A DNA stretch of 64,000 nt from an uncultured SAR86 cluster bacterium (GCA_902602185.1 CACKPV010000004.1:13479-77478), one strand, 5' to 3'; positions 26,415 to 37,597 are shown, counted from the stretch's first letter. Numbers and translations are program-made. Notes: generated by a model from the sequence alone, not told the origin.

Positions 26415-27001
26415 TTGATTTATTTTCATCTGGGGGTTGGTTTATGTGGCCTCTTTTAGTCTGCTCAATTTGTGTTGTTTCCATTGCTATAGAACGTTTT
26501 TGGATGTTACAAGAAAGATTGGTTGCACCACAAGGTTTATCTCGACAAATTCATAATCTTATTGATAGGGATATATTGGATGATTACCAAGAAAGAGTTT
26601 TCAGTGAATTGTCATCTCTTGGATCACTTTTAATAACTGCACACCAATTTCGTGACTCTCCAAGGCAGATTCTTGAATCTAAACTAGAAGAGAAGTCAGT
26701 AGAAATAAAATTTCAGCTTGAGCGAAATCTTTCTATGTTAGGTGTTATAAGCTCAGTTGCACCTTTACTCGGGTTGTTGGGGACTGTTGTTGGAATGATT
26801 TCAGTTTTTGCTTCATACCAAATGGATCCTGCTAATACTTCAGATTTTCTAGCATCTGGTATTTCGCAAGCATTGATTACTACAGCTTTTGGATTGATGA
26901 TTGCTGTACCAGGTATAATTTTGCACCGTCATTTTGAGTTAAAAGTTAATAAATTACTTATTTTGCTTCAAGCAAAAACATCACAATTTATTGATGGTTG
27001 A
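26411..27001 (+). CDS. exbB: MotA/TolQ/ExbB proton-channel family protein
   Basis: 196 aa with 3 TM. The conserved block is LGLLGTVVGMI...ALITTAFGL. Confidence 0.85.
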   Translation: MIDLFSSGGWFMWPLLVCSICVVSIAIERFWMLQERLVAPQGLSRQIHNLIDRDILDDYQERVFSELSSLGSLLITAHQFRDSPRQILESKLEEKSVEIKFQLERNLSMLGVISSVAPLLGLLGTVVGMISVFASYQMDPANTSDFLASGISQALITTAFGLMIAVPGIILHRHFELKVNKLLILLQAKTSQFIDG

Positions 27002-27003
27002 TA

Positions 27004-27405
27004 ATGAAATTTCCTCTTAAATCAAATCCTGCTGTAAATATTGAGATTACACCTCTTATCGATATTGTTTTTATCCTGGTTATTTTTTTTGTTGCAACCT
27101 CAAAAATTTCAGAATCTCAATTTCTTAATATTGATTTACCTGAGTCTAATTATTTAGAATCTAATGAAGACAATCTAAATAATCAAATCATTGTTAAATC
27201 AAATGGAGAAATTATTATTGGATCAAAAACCTATCAATATGATGAAATTAACTTAGAAATGGCACTTTTAGATAATTTAACTGTCGAAAACGTTGTAATT
27301 TTGAGTATTGAAAAAAAAGTCTATCATGAGCAAACCATTGCAATTATGGATTTACTTCAAAAAAATAACTTTATTGACATTAAAATAAAAACATTATCAC
27401 AATGA
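27004..27405 (+). CDS. exbD: ExbD/TolR biopolymer transport protein
   Basis: The ATG at 27004 gives MKFPLKSNPAVNIEITPLIDIVFILVIFF. An alternative TTG start is at 26998. Confidence 0.8.
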   Translation: MKFPLKSNPAVNIEITPLIDIVFILVIFFVATSKISESQFLNIDLPESNYLESNEDNLNNQIIVKSNGEIIIGSKTYQYDEINLEMALLDNLTVENVVILSIEKKVYHEQTIAIMDLLQKNNFIDIKIKTLSQ

Positions 27406-30170
27406 AACAAAATCCGTATAAAAGACTTTTTAGATATTCCTTAGAATATAAGTGGTCATTTCTTTTGAGTATTGTAGGGTTTATCACTTTTGCAATGGCT
27501 GATATAGCAGCAGTGGAATGGATTCGACAGATTATTGGATTCATTCAAAACAGCGATAGTGAATTACAACAATTTTTAGCATTATCATTAATAGGTATTG
27601 CTACAGCGCGTGGTATTGGTTTTTTTGTAGGAAATTATTTTATGGCTCGTGTTGGTTTTGGTGTTGTTTATCAACTTCGAGATCAGTTATTTCAAAAACT
27701 CCATCAACTACCCAAAAAGTATTTTGATTTAAATCAAGGTGGTCAATTAATAAATAGAATTACTTTTACTACCACTCAAGTTTCAGGTGCTGCATCCAAT
27801 GCAATTAAAACAATAATTCGTGAAGGATTTTTATTAATCGGTTTACTTGTTTATATGACTTATTTAAATTGGAAACTCACATTGCTTTTGGTGGTGACTG
27901 TGCCTTTGATTGCTTTAATTGTTTTTATTGCTGGACGAAGATTGCGCCGTCTTGCTAAAAGAATTCAAACTGCTATGGGAGATGTCACTCATATTGCTTC
28001 AGAAGCAGTAAATGGTCATGTGGAAATAAAATCTTTCGGTGCTGAAACTTATGAAAATAATAGATTTGCTGCTGCAAACAAATCAAACAAGAATCAAAAT
28101 CTTAAATTAGAAGCTACGAGCAATTTGGCAACACCAATCATACAAATACTGGTTTCCATTTCATTATCTTTGGTGGCCTATTTTGCATTAGGTTCCTCGT
28201 TGGGAATATCATTAGATGCTGAAACCTTTGTTGCTTTTTTTACTGCATCAGGACTCATGGCAAAACCTATAAGGCAACTCTCCAGTGTGAATGGAATAAT
28301 TCAAAAAGGTTTGGCAGCTGCCAATGAGATATTCGATCAATTGGATTATGAGGATGAAAAAGATAGTGGGGAAGTTGTTACTAAGATACAAGGAAAGATT
28401 AATTTTAAAAATGTATCTTTTTCCTATTCAGAAGATAAAAAAGTTCTCAACGATATAAATATTTCAATTCATCCGCTTGAAACAGTCGCTATTGTTGGAA
28501 AATCTGGTTCTGGGAAGTCTACTATTGCAAATTTAATATTAAGATTTTACTCATCATTTTCTGGTGAAATAACCATTGATGATATTCCTAATATAGATTA
28601 TAAATTATCTCATTTAAGACAATCTATAAGTGTTGTTACTCAATCTCCAACACTTTTCAACGATACTATAGAAAAAAATATTGCTTATGGAGATGAGATA
28701 GATAGTCATAAAGTAATGCAATCAGCAGAATTAGCTGGATGTATGGAATTTATTACTAAATTACCTGAGGGCATTAATTCAAAGATTGGAGATGATGGTG
28801 TCTTGCTTTCTGGTGGACAAAGACAAAGACTAGCAATTGCGAGAGCATTTTATAAAGATTCACCAATAATTATTCTTGATGAAGCTACTTCTGCTCTAGA
28901 TACGGAATCAGAAGAAAAGATCCAAGAATCTCTAGAAAAACTGATTTCTAACAGAACCACCATCATCATTGCTCATAGATTGTCCACGATAGAAAATGCA
29001 GACCAAATTTTAGTTCTTGATGATGGGAAAATAACTCAACAAGGTAAACATAACCAATTAATTGAAGAAACTGGTGTCTATGCATCCTTATATAAAAATG
29101 CATACCAAGAGACTATCGTCGAGAAAACACGTGAGATTACAAAAATTTCATATCTCAAACCTTTAGAAGAAACAGAATCAAATTCAAGTTTCGTTGTGAA
29201 TGCTTGGTATAAAAAGCATTTGTGGTTATATTTACTATTTCCATTTACATTAATATTTCAATTTTTAACTAATAGAAGAAGAAGAAAATTTTTAAAAAAT
29301 CAAATTAGTAATTACTCTGCACCGGTTCCAGTTATTGTGGTTGGTAATATAAATATTGGTGGTACTGGAAAAACACCACTTGTAAGATATATTGCCTCAG
29401 CACTTGCTGATGAAGGTTTTTCACCAGGAATTGTTTCCCGTGGTTACGGAGGTAATTTTAAAGATACATTAGAGGTTACCTCTGAAACTCCTTACCAAAT
29501 ATCTGGTGATGAGGCTCAAATTCTATCAAATTTAAACATGCCATTATTTTTAGATAAGAATCGTCCCAGAGCAATACAAAAACTACTAGAAAAATATAGT
29601 TGTGATGTAATTATTTCTGATGATGGACTTCAACATTATCAAATGAGTAGGGATGTAGAAATACTAGTAATAGATGGTGCAAGAAGATTTGGAAATAATT
29701 TGTGTTTCCCTGCTGGACCATTACGTGAATCTATCAAAAGAAAAGATACCGTTGATTTTAAAATCAATAATGGGGGTCCAACTGAAGAGAATGAGTACCT
29801 TATGACTCTTCAACCATTCCGTTTTGTACATTTATCATCAGGCAAAACTTACTCCATAGATGAGTGGCCAATGCATAAAGAAGTTCATGCAGTTGCTGGA
29901 CTTGGGAATCCTGGAAGATTTTTTGATGCATTAACACAGCTAGGTTTCTCAATAGAACGGCATCCATTTCCAGATCATCATAAATTTATTGATACTGACT
30001 TTAATTTTTTAGATCAACATCCAATTGTGATGACTGAAAAAGATGCTGCAAGATGTAAGGATTTCAATAATAGTAAAATCTGGTACCTTACGGTAGAACC
30101 TAAAATTGAAAGTGATTTCATTGATCAACTTTTAAATAAACTAAACCGACCCAATATCATTAATGAATGA
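27402..30170 (+). CDS. msbA-lpxK: Fused lipid A export ABC transporter MsbA / tetraacyldisaccharide 4'-kinase LpxK
   Basis: A single 922-aa ORF. Residues 1 to about 575 form a 6-TM ABC exporter with GKSGSGKST, LSGGQRQR and IIILDEATSALD. Residues from about 599 carry the LpxK membrane helix WYKKHLWLYLLFPFTLIF and P-loop VIVVGNINIGGTGKTP, plus SRGYGG and DDGLQH. Confidence 0.85.
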   Translation: MKQNPYKRLFRYSLEYKWSFLLSIVGFITFAMADIAAVEWIRQIIGFIQNSDSELQQFLALSLIGIATARGIGFFVGNYFMARVGFGVVYQLRDQLFQKLHQLPKKYFDLNQGGQLINRITFTTTQVSGAASNAIKTIIREGFLLIGLLVYMTYLNWKLTLLLVVTVPLIALIVFIAGRRLRRLAKRIQTAMGDVTHIASEAVNGHVEIKSFGAETYENNRFAAANKSNKNQNLKLEATSNLATPIIQILVSISLSLVAYFALGSSLGISLDAETFVAFFTASGLMAKPIRQLSSVNGIIQKGLAAANEIFDQLDYEDEKDSGEVVTKIQGKINFKNVSFSYSEDKKVLNDINISIHPLETVAIVGKSGSGKSTIANLILRFYSSFSGEITIDDIPNIDYKLSHLRQSISVVTQSPTLFNDTIEKNIAYGDEIDSHKVMQSAELAGCMEFITKLPEGINSKIGDDGVLLSGGQRQRLAIARAFYKDSPIIILDEATSALDTESEEKIQESLEKLISNRTTIIIAHRLSTIENADQILVLDDGKITQQGKHNQLIEETGVYASLYKNAYQETIVEKTREITKISYLKPLEETESNSSFVVNAWYKKHLWLYLLFPFTLIFQFLTNRRRRKFLKNQISNYSAPVPVIVVGNINIGGTGKTPLVRYIASALADEGFSPGIVSRGYGGNFKDTLEVTSETPYQISGDEAQILSNLNMPLFLDKNRPRAIQKLLEKYSCDVIISDDGLQHYQMSRDVEILVIDGARRFGNNLCFPAGPLRESIKRKDTVDFKINNGGPTEENEYLMTLQPFRFVHLSSGKTYSIDEWPMHKEVHAVAGLGNPGRFFDALTQLGFSIERHPFPDHHKFIDTDFNFLDQHPIVMTEKDAARCKDFNNSKIWYLTVEPKIESDFIDQLLNKLNRPNIINE

Positions 30171-30888
30171 TTTTGTTGTTGTTATCCCATCACGTTTAGG
30201 ATCCTCTCGGCTTAAAGAAAAACCATTAATCGATATTGCAGGAAAGTCTCTTATTCAACGTGTTTATGAAAGAGTGCAATTATGTTCAACAGATCAAATC
30301 TACATTGCAACAGATTCAAAAAAAATAGTTGATCATGTCAATTCATTTACAGATCAAGTTGTGATGACTGATAATGACCTTCCATCTGGGAGTGATCGAG
30401 TTTATCAATGTGCAAAAATACTTAATTTGTCCAGTGAAACAAAAATCATTAACGTACAGGGTGATGAACCTTTAATCGACCCAAAATCAATAGACATGAC
30501 AGCAAAACTTTTAGATACAGAAAATGTTGATGTTGCTACTTTATGTTCAAAGTTTTCTAATGAGAAAGAATTGATGGATGAATCAAATGTTAAAGTGACT
30601 TTTTCTAAAAATTACCGAGCTCAATACTTTTCACGATCTATCATTCCACATAACTTTACTAATCAATCTGTAGATTATTTTAAGCATATAGGTATTTATG
30701 GCTACTCTTTGAAAACACTTTCAGAATTTGTAAATTTACCTATATCTCAATTAGAGGAATTAGAAAAATTAGAGCAACTTCGGTTTTTAGAAAATAACTT
30801 AAATATTTATCTTAATGTAATTGAAGATAATTCAATCGGTGTCGATACAGAAGCTGACCTTAAACAGGTTAGAAATTTTTTTAAATAA
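30163..30888 (+). CDS. kdsB: 3-deoxy-manno-octulosonate cytidylyltransferase
   Basis: 241 aa. Blocks seen: VVIPSRLGSSRLKEKPL, VQGDEPLI and HIGIYGY. Confidence 0.92.
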   Translation: MNDFVVVIPSRLGSSRLKEKPLIDIAGKSLIQRVYERVQLCSTDQIYIATDSKKIVDHVNSFTDQVVMTDNDLPSGSDRVYQCAKILNLSSETKIINVQGDEPLIDPKSIDMTAKLLDTENVDVATLCSKFSNEKELMDESNVKVTFSKNYRAQYFSRSIIPHNFTNQSVDYFKHIGIYGYSLKTLSEFVNLPISQLEELEKLEQLRFLENNLNIYLNVIEDNSIGVDTEADLKQVRNFFK

Positions 30889-31880
30889 TGAAACAACTTA
30901 AAAAAATTTCTAATGCGTTAAATATTCAATCTTATGCAGATGATTTAATACAAATCACTAGCAAATCTGAAATCAATGAATTGCTTAACTTAATCAATGA
31001 TAATCAATCTTATTTAGTAATAGGTGAGGGTACTAATTTAGTTTTGCCTGAAAATATTTCTTTTTCTGTTGTGCAACCTAAAATAAATTTCATAGAGCAA
31101 ATAAATGAGCATGAGGTAAAAGTTGGATCTGGTATTAATTGGACAACATTAGTGAAATATTGTTTACAACATAATATGTTTGGTTTTGAAAATTTGATCG
31201 ATATTCCTGGATCTGTAGGAGCAGCTCCTGTTCAAAATATTGGAGCTTTTGGAGTTGAGATTTCAAAATTTATAAAAGCAGTTGATTGTGTTGATTTAGT
31301 AAATGGTGATCAAATAACGTTATCTCAACAACAATGTGAATTTTCTTATAGGAGCTCAATTTTCCAAAAGAAAAGATATCTTATAACAGCTGTACACTTT
31401 CATTTTCCTTCTACTCATAAATTAATTTGTCACTACGATTCTATTCAAGTGTTAATGAAAAAAAAAGGTATGATATCTGAGGATTTATCTCCAATCATAT
31501 TATCTGAATTAGTATCTGAAATTCGGTCTTCAAATCTTCCAAATCCCTCAATTATTCCTAACGTAGGAAGTTTTTTTAAAAACCCAATAATAAAAAAAGC
31601 AGATCTAAGTTTGAAGAACTTTAAAGAATCAGATCTCATTATTTGGGATGTTGGTGATGAAAAAATTAAGCTTGGTGCAGGTAGAATGATTGAATTAATA
31701 AAATCAAGATTCCAATATAATATCAATGTTGATGTGTATCAAAAGCATGCCTTAGTCATAGTGAATAAAAACAATGCAAAACAAGAAGATGTTCTTAAGT
31801 TTGTTGATGAAATCAAGTCATTGATTGAAGAAGAATTTAGTATCACATTAGAAGTTGAACCTGAAATTATTTATTCATGA
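30888..31880 (+). CDS. murB: UDP-N-acetylenolpyruvoylglucosamine reductase
   Basis: 330 aa. Blocks seen: VIGEGTNLV, IPGSVGAAPVQNIGAFG, CEFSYRSS and NVGSFFKNP. Confidence 0.9.
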   Translation: MKQLKKISNALNIQSYADDLIQITSKSEINELLNLINDNQSYLVIGEGTNLVLPENISFSVVQPKINFIEQINEHEVKVGSGINWTTLVKYCLQHNMFGFENLIDIPGSVGAAPVQNIGAFGVEISKFIKAVDCVDLVNGDQITLSQQQCEFSYRSSIFQKKRYLITAVHFHFPSTHKLICHYDSIQVLMKKKGMISEDLSPIILSELVSEIRSSNLPNPSIIPNVGSFFKNPIIKKADLSLKNFKESDLIIWDVGDEKIKLGAGRMIELIKSRFQYNINVDVYQKHALVIVNKNNAKQEDVLKFVDEIKSLIEEEFSITLEVEPEIIYS

Positions 31881-32467
31881 TAATTTCAGCTGTAATTGCT
31901 CATTTTGTAGCAGTCATTAGTCCAGGACCAGATACTGCAATTATTTTAAGAGAAGTTTCCAAAAATGGTTTTGCTTCAGGTTTTTTATGCTCAATTGGGA
32001 TTGGTTTAGGTGTGACTATCCATTCTATTTTAGCTGTTTACGGCATCAGTTTAATTTTATTTTCAATTTCTACATTGAGCATAATTATTTCTATGATTGG
32101 AGGATCTTATTTATTATATTTGGGCTTTTTATCATTAAGATTTCCTGACTCTAATTTAACAGCTAATCAACTTGAACTTGGAAGTTTTTTAAATGGTTTG
32201 ATAACTAACTTATTTAATATAAAAGCATTTATATTTTTTATTTCTCTGTTCTCAATTATTAATGAAACATTAACCAATAATATGAAGATTTTTTTACCTT
32301 TGTATTTTGGTTTTGCATCATTTCTTTGGTTTTTAATTCTTTCAAAAATTATTACAACAAATTATCTTTCAAAACTTTGGATGGGTAATATAGTTGTTAT
32401 AAACAAATTGATTGGATTAATACTTGTAACTATCAGTTTATTAATCTTTTTAAATATCTTTATTTAA
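31877..32467 (+). CDS. LysE/RhtB-family amino-acid exporter
   Basis: 196 aa with 5-6 TM. The N-terminal motif is SPGPDTAIIL. Confidence 0.8.
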   Translation: MIISAVIAHFVAVISPGPDTAIILREVSKNGFASGFLCSIGIGLGVTIHSILAVYGISLILFSISTLSIIISMIGGSYLLYLGFLSLRFPDSNLTANQLELGSFLNGLITNLFNIKAFIFFISLFSIINETLTNNMKIFLPLYFGFASFLWFLILSKIITTNYLSKLWMGNIVVINKLIGLILVTISLLIFLNIFI

Positions 32468-33363
32468 AATAACTCTAAGATCATACACCGAAGAGAACCT
32501 CCACCAACTGTTTCAATTGTTGGGATACTAAATTGTTCTATATACAAACCCGACTTATAAATTATGTCCAACTGCCAAGTTTCTAAATTATTAAATGCTG
32601 TGGAAGACATGGCTAAGAAATGATTTCCTTCAAAGTCAATTAATTCAATCACATTGGCACAAAATTTATTTACTTGAGAAGAAGATAATTTAATTATCTG
32701 ATGAGTATGAGTAATTTGTTCCTCTAATCTGGGAGAATCAATAATTGATTCAGTGCCAAGAAAACATAATGTAGATCCTAAAAACATTACTACATTGGTG
32801 TGATAGATAGGTTTATTCGATGCATTTGCCTTGAAAGTTATTAACTTAAAATCTCTCTTATTTGCCCACAATGTTGCTAAATCAATAGATGTTCTTGGCG
32901 AAATACATGCATAAGCAATTTTATGCTGTCTATCTAAGACTAATGAACCAGTTCCTTCAAGAAATAAATTTTGTGTTTCGAATGAGGTGAAATCATTTTT
33001 TATTTGAAATTGCTTAGACAAAAGAGCAATATTTTCTTCAGTCTTTTCTATCCTTCTTGATGGGTCAGCCATACTAAAAATATCCATTGTTTTGTCTTGA
33101 AATGAAACAATCCAATTATTTGGAAAAATTCCATCAAGTCCATTTACTGGTGGATTTAGTTCAGTTATATGAACTTTTTTTGAAATGTACTTTTTAAAGT
33201 TTGAAAATTCTTTAAGAGCTAGCTCTTTTATATTGATCGATTGATTTTTATTTTTTTTATCCGCAATGGATGAGTCTGAAAATTGGTTAGATTTTGCTGT
33301 CTCTTTATTAAAACCAAAGAATTTTGGACTTATCAGAGCTATTGAATTTGTTGATTGATCCAA
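32464..33363 (-). CDS. Amidinotransferase-superfamily protein (arginine deiminase-related / CtlX-like)
   Basis: 299 aa. The C-terminal GGGSLRCMILELF carries the catalytic Cys typical of the guanidino-group-modifying enzyme fold, and YHTNV is present. Confidence 0.6.
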   Translation of the reverse strand: MDQSTNSIALISPKFFGFNKETAKSNQFSDSSIADKKNKNQSINIKELALKEFSNFKKYISKKVHITELNPPVNGLDGIFPNNWIVSFQDKTMDIFSMADPSRRIEKTEENIALLSKQFQIKNDFTSFETQNLFLEGTGSLVLDRQHKIAYACISPRTSIDLATLWANKRDFKLITFKANASNKPIYHTNVVMFLGSTLCFLGTESIIDSPRLEEQITHTHQIIKLSSSQVNKFCANVIELIDFEGNHFLAMSSTAFNNLETWQLDIIYKSGLYIEQFSIPTIETVGGGSLRCMILELF

Positions 33364-35117
33364 TTGTTTATATTTTCCTCAAGAATATATAAAGGAATTC
33401 CTCCATCCTTAAGAATTTGATGATGAAATTCTTTAATATCAAAATCTTCACCTAATAACTCTTGTGACTTTTGTTTTAAGTCTTTAATTTTCAATTCACC
33501 AATTTTGTATGCTAATGCTTGACCGGGCCAATTGATATACCTGTCAATCTCATTGATAACATCTTGTTTAGTTTTAGCAGCATTGTCGAGGAAATATTCT
33601 ATAGCTTCTTGTCGCGTCCAGCCCTTGTAATGCATACCGGTATCGACTACCAGTCTTACAGCACGCCACATTTCATATGTGAGTTGACCAAATTTTGAGT
33701 AAGGATCTTTATACATTCCTAATTCGTCACCCAAACTTTCACTATATAAACCCCAACCTTCAACAAATGCAGTATAACCTCCAAATTTTCTAAATTCAGG
33801 TAAGTCTAGTTCCATGGTATAGGCAATTTGTAAATGATGCCCGGGCATTGCCTCATGAAGTGATAATGCTTCTATCTCATATTTTGGCCTTACTTCAGGC
33901 ATGTAAAGATTTACATAGTAATATCCTGCCCTTGAACCATCAGCTGCTGGTCGTTGATAATAAGCAGTAGTAGTATCTGGAGCACTTTCCATCGGAATAG
34001 GTTTTAACCCATAAGGCATTGATGGAAGATCTTTAAATAATTTCACTAAAAGAGGATCAATTCTTTTAGAGGTTGCTAAATATTCAGTAAATAACTCTTC
34101 ACTAGTTTCAAAATAAAATTTTGAATCAGTTCTTAAGTACTCAAGAAATTCAGAAAATGTACCTTGCCATTGAACTTGATCCAGGATTTTGTACATCTCT
34201 TTTTTAATTCGCTCAACTTCTGAAAGACCTTTGTTGTGAATATAATCTGGATCATAGTCAGTTGTTGTGAAATGACGAGCTAAAGTTTCGTAGTATTTAG
34301 CACCATTTGGTATTTCACTTATCCCAATAGTCTCCCTGCAATTTGGATAATATTCATCATTAAAGAATTGTATTAATTTTGCATAAGCAGGAGTTACAAC
34401 TTCAGATATAACTGTTTGCGCCCTTTGAGTTATGTAATTTTTTTCTTCATTGCTCAAAGTATTTGGAAGATTTTTAAAAACTTTATAAAAAGGGCTATCT
34501 ATGGGAGAAGAAACATTATGAAAATCTAATTGCTTCTTCACTCTTTGCATGAGAATTTTAGGAGGAACAATACCACTATCAACACCATTCCTTGCTAGGA
34601 TAATAATTTGGTCAATGTAAGTATTGATATTTTCTAATCTGGTTAACCAGTCTTCATAATTATTAAGTGTAGTTAGTGGCAAAGATTCAGCAGTTTCATG
34701 TTGCAGCTGTATACCACCTCTGTGACTAAATGGCATCAGGTAGATTTTAAACTCATAGAGTTCAACTTGATTTTTATACTGATCCAGAAATAGTTTGAAA
34801 TTAAGAATATTTGCTTCTGTAAATGAAGACAGGTCCATTTTTTCTAGTTGGTCAATAATAGCTAAATCATGCAGATTATCTGCTTTTATTTTATCCAAAG
34901 AAACATCGTTCCATTTTGTGTTATATCTTAAATCTCCAAGATAAGATGCAGATATAGGATTATCGTAAAGATATTTTTGGTATTCTGAATTCATTAACAT
35001 TTCAAATTTTTCTTGATCAACATTCGATACATTTTTCATTAGATCAATGCCTTTAAAAGCTATAAACATAATTAAAGAAAGTATTAAGGTGTAAAGTATG
35101 TAGCGCAGTTTAAACAT
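33339..35117 (-). CDS. DUF885-family protein (putative metallopeptidase-like), exported or anchored
   Basis: 592 aa with an N-terminal hydrophobic segment. HEAMPGHHLQ and FVEGWGLYSE are typical of DUF885. Confidence 0.8.
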   Translation of the reverse strand: MFKLRYILYTLILSLIMFIAFKGIDLMKNVSNVDQEKFEMLMNSEYQKYLYDNPISASYLGDLRYNTKWNDVSLDKIKADNLHDLAIIDQLEKMDLSSFTEANILNFKLFLDQYKNQVELYEFKIYLMPFSHRGGIQLQHETAESLPLTTLNNYEDWLTRLENINTYIDQIIILARNGVDSGIVPPKILMQRVKKQLDFHNVSSPIDSPFYKVFKNLPNTLSNEEKNYITQRAQTVISEVVTPAYAKLIQFFNDEYYPNCRETIGISEIPNGAKYYETLARHFTTTDYDPDYIHNKGLSEVERIKKEMYKILDQVQWQGTFSEFLEYLRTDSKFYFETSEELFTEYLATSKRIDPLLVKLFKDLPSMPYGLKPIPMESAPDTTTAYYQRPAADGSRAGYYYVNLYMPEVRPKYEIEALSLHEAMPGHHLQIAYTMELDLPEFRKFGGYTAFVEGWGLYSESLGDELGMYKDPYSKFGQLTYEMWRAVRLVVDTGMHYKGWTRQEAIEYFLDNAAKTKQDVINEIDRYINWPGQALAYKIGELKIKDLKQKSQELLGEDFDIKEFHHQILKDGGIPLYILEENINNWINQQIQ

Positions 35118-36760
35118 TACATATTTGGATAATTTGGTCCACCCATACCTTCTGGGGTAACCCAGGTGATATTTTGTGAAGGGTCTTTTATATCACAGGT
35201 TTTACAATGAACACAATTTTGAGCATTTATAACAAATTTTTTTAAACCATCTTCTTCTACAACTTCATAAACACCAGCAGGACAGTATCTCTGAGCTGGC
35301 TCATCATATATAGGAAGATTGTGTGAAATCGGGATGTTAGGGTCTTTAAGTTTGAGGTGACAAGGTTGATCTTCTTCATGAGATGTATTCGAAAGGTAAA
35401 CAGAACTTAATTTATCAAAAGAATAAATACCATCAGGCTTTGGATAAGTAATTGGTGAGCATTGATCAGCTGCTTTTAAGGACTTGTAGTCAGGTGTTTT
35501 TACTTGAAGTGTAAATGGTAATTTTCCTCTAAAGACAAATTGATCAATTGCAGCTAGCATTGCTCCCCAAAGAGATCCAAACTTATGAAGTAGTGGACCA
35601 AAATTTCTTGCTTTATAAAGTTCTTTTGCTAACCAACTTTCCTTAAATTTAGTTTGGAATTCTTTTAATTCATCTTGTATTGTATTATTTTGGAAGGCAT
35701 CAAAAATTGTCTCTGCAGCAAGCATGCCTGATTTCATTGCTGTATGTGTCCCTTTAATTTTTGGATAGTTCATAGTTCCAGCATTACAACCTATTAATAA
35801 ACCACCAGGGAATGACATTTTAGGTAATGATTGAATTCCACCTTTAGCAAGTGCTCGTGCGCCATATGCAACACGCGTACCATCTTTTAGCAGTTTCTTA
35901 ATTGATGGATGGAGTTTCCATTGTTGGAATTCATCATAAGGACTAAGATGAGGATTTTGATAGTCTAAATTTACGACATATCCAAGGAATAATTGATTAT
36001 TTTCAGCATGATAACAATAGGAGCCGGTTACTGCTCCCGTTGATGGCCAACCGGTGGTATGCATTACTGTTCCTTCTTTATGATTACTAGGGTCTATATC
36101 CCATATTTCTTTAAAACCGATTCCATAATGCTGTGGATTTTTATTTTCATCGAGTGAAAATTGTTGTATTAATTGTTTGCCAAGATGTCCTCTACAACCC
36201 TCAGCAAAAATTGTATATTTTGCTCTTAATTCCATACTTGGTTGATATGATGGCTTATGGGATCCATCTTTAGCAACTCCCATTTCACCGGTAACTACAC
36301 CTTTTAAAATATTATTTTCTATGATTGCCTCCGAAGCAGTAAAACCTGGAAAAATTTCAACCCCTAAGGATTCAGCCTCTGTTGCTAACCATCTTGTAAA
36401 ATTAGCCAGACTCATAATGTAATTGCCATGATTATTAAAATTTGGCATTAGAAAACCAGGAAAGGGGATGTTTACAGATGTATTTTCATTTAACAAATAT
36501 TTAACTACATCATTAGTTACTGGTGTTGATAGTGGTGCCTGCTTATCCTTCCAGTCAGGTATTAATTCATCTAGTGATCGGGGCTCAAAAACATTACCTG
36601 AGAGAATATGAGCACCAACTTCTGAACCTTTTTCTAAAATGCAGATAGAAATATTTTTGTTATGTTCTTTATTAAGTTGTGCCAACTTAATTGCTGCAGA
36701 TAAACCAGAAGGACCTGCTCCCACAACAAGAACATCATATTCCATTACATCTCTTTCCAT
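35117..36760 (-). CDS. Electron-transfer flavoprotein:ubiquinone oxidoreductase
   Basis: 547 aa. The FAD motif is DVLVVGAGPSGLSAA. The C-terminal 4Fe-4S block is CPAGVYE...CVHCKTCDIKDP, followed by GGPNYPNM. Confidence 0.93.
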   Translation of the reverse strand: MERDVMEYDVLVVGAGPSGLSAAIKLAQLNKEHNKNISICILEKGSEVGAHILSGNVFEPRSLDELIPDWKDKQAPLSTPVTNDVVKYLLNENTSVNIPFPGFLMPNFNNHGNYIMSLANFTRWLATEAESLGVEIFPGFTASEAIIENNILKGVVTGEMGVAKDGSHKPSYQPSMELRAKYTIFAEGCRGHLGKQLIQQFSLDENKNPQHYGIGFKEIWDIDPSNHKEGTVMHTTGWPSTGAVTGSYCYHAENNQLFLGYVVNLDYQNPHLSPYDEFQQWKLHPSIKKLLKDGTRVAYGARALAKGGIQSLPKMSFPGGLLIGCNAGTMNYPKIKGTHTAMKSGMLAAETIFDAFQNNTIQDELKEFQTKFKESWLAKELYKARNFGPLLHKFGSLWGAMLAAIDQFVFRGKLPFTLQVKTPDYKSLKAADQCSPITYPKPDGIYSFDKLSSVYLSNTSHEEDQPCHLKLKDPNIPISHNLPIYDEPAQRYCPAGVYEVVEEDGLKKFVINAQNCVHCKTCDIKDPSQNITWVTPEGMGGPNYPNM

Positions 36761-36844
36761 TTTCTTCCTTTACTCTTTAGAATTTACTAAAAAAACTATA
36801 CAATTATATCCGCAAATTCCGTATTACATATATATTATTAAATT

Positions 36845-37597
36845 ATGAAAATTCTAGTACCTGTTAAGAGAGTTGTTGATTACAATGTTAAGGTAAGACC
36901 ACTACCTGATCAGTCTGATGTTGATTTAAATAATGTCAAAATGTCAGTAAACCCTTTTTGTGAAATAGCAGTTGAAGAAGCTGTTCGATTGAAAGAAAAA
37001 GGGGTTGCTACTGAAATTATTGTTGTCACAGTTGGGCAATCAGATTCACAAGAGCAACTCAGAGCTTGCCTTGCATTGGGTGCTGATAGAGCAATTCTTG
37101 TTGAAACTCAATCTCTATTAGAGCCTCTTGCAATAGCAAAATGTTTGGTTAATGTTGTGCATAATGAAAATCCTGATTTGATTATTTTAGGCAAACAAGC
37201 AATTGATGGTGATAACAATCAAACCGGTCAAATGTTAGCTTCTTTACTAGATTACCCTCAGGCAACATTCGCATCTGAACTTGAAATTGCTGATAACCAA
37301 GCAATTGTCACTAGGGAGATTGATGGTGGTCTACAAACTATTAAAGTTAATTTACCAGCTGTTGTTACAACTGATCTGAGATTAAATGAACCTAGATATG
37401 CTTCTTTACCGAACATTATGCAAGCTAAAAAAAAGACGTTAGATATTATGAATGTTGAAGACATGTCTGTTGATATTAATAATCGACTTCAAACATTATC
37501 AGTTGTTCTACCTGAGGAGAGACAAGCAGGTGTTATGGTTGAGTCGGTTACTGAATTAGTAGATAAATTAAAAAATGAAGCAAAGGTACTATCATGA
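36845..37597 (+). CDS. etfB: Electron transfer flavoprotein beta subunit
   Basis: [18 protein letters not shown]..., [22 protein letters not shown]. Confidence 0.93.
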   Translation: MKILVPVKRVVDYNVKVRPLPDQSDVDLNNVKMSVNPFCEIAVEEAVRLKEKGVATEIIVVTVGQSDSQEQLRACLALGADRAILVETQSLLEPLAIAKCLVNVVHNENPDLIILGKQAIDGDNNQTGQMLASLLDYPQATFASELEIADNQAIVTREIDGGLQTIKVNLPAVVTTDLRLNEPRYASLPNIMQAKKKTLDIMNVEDMSVDINNRLQTLSVVLPEERQAGVMVESVTELVDKLKNEAKVLS

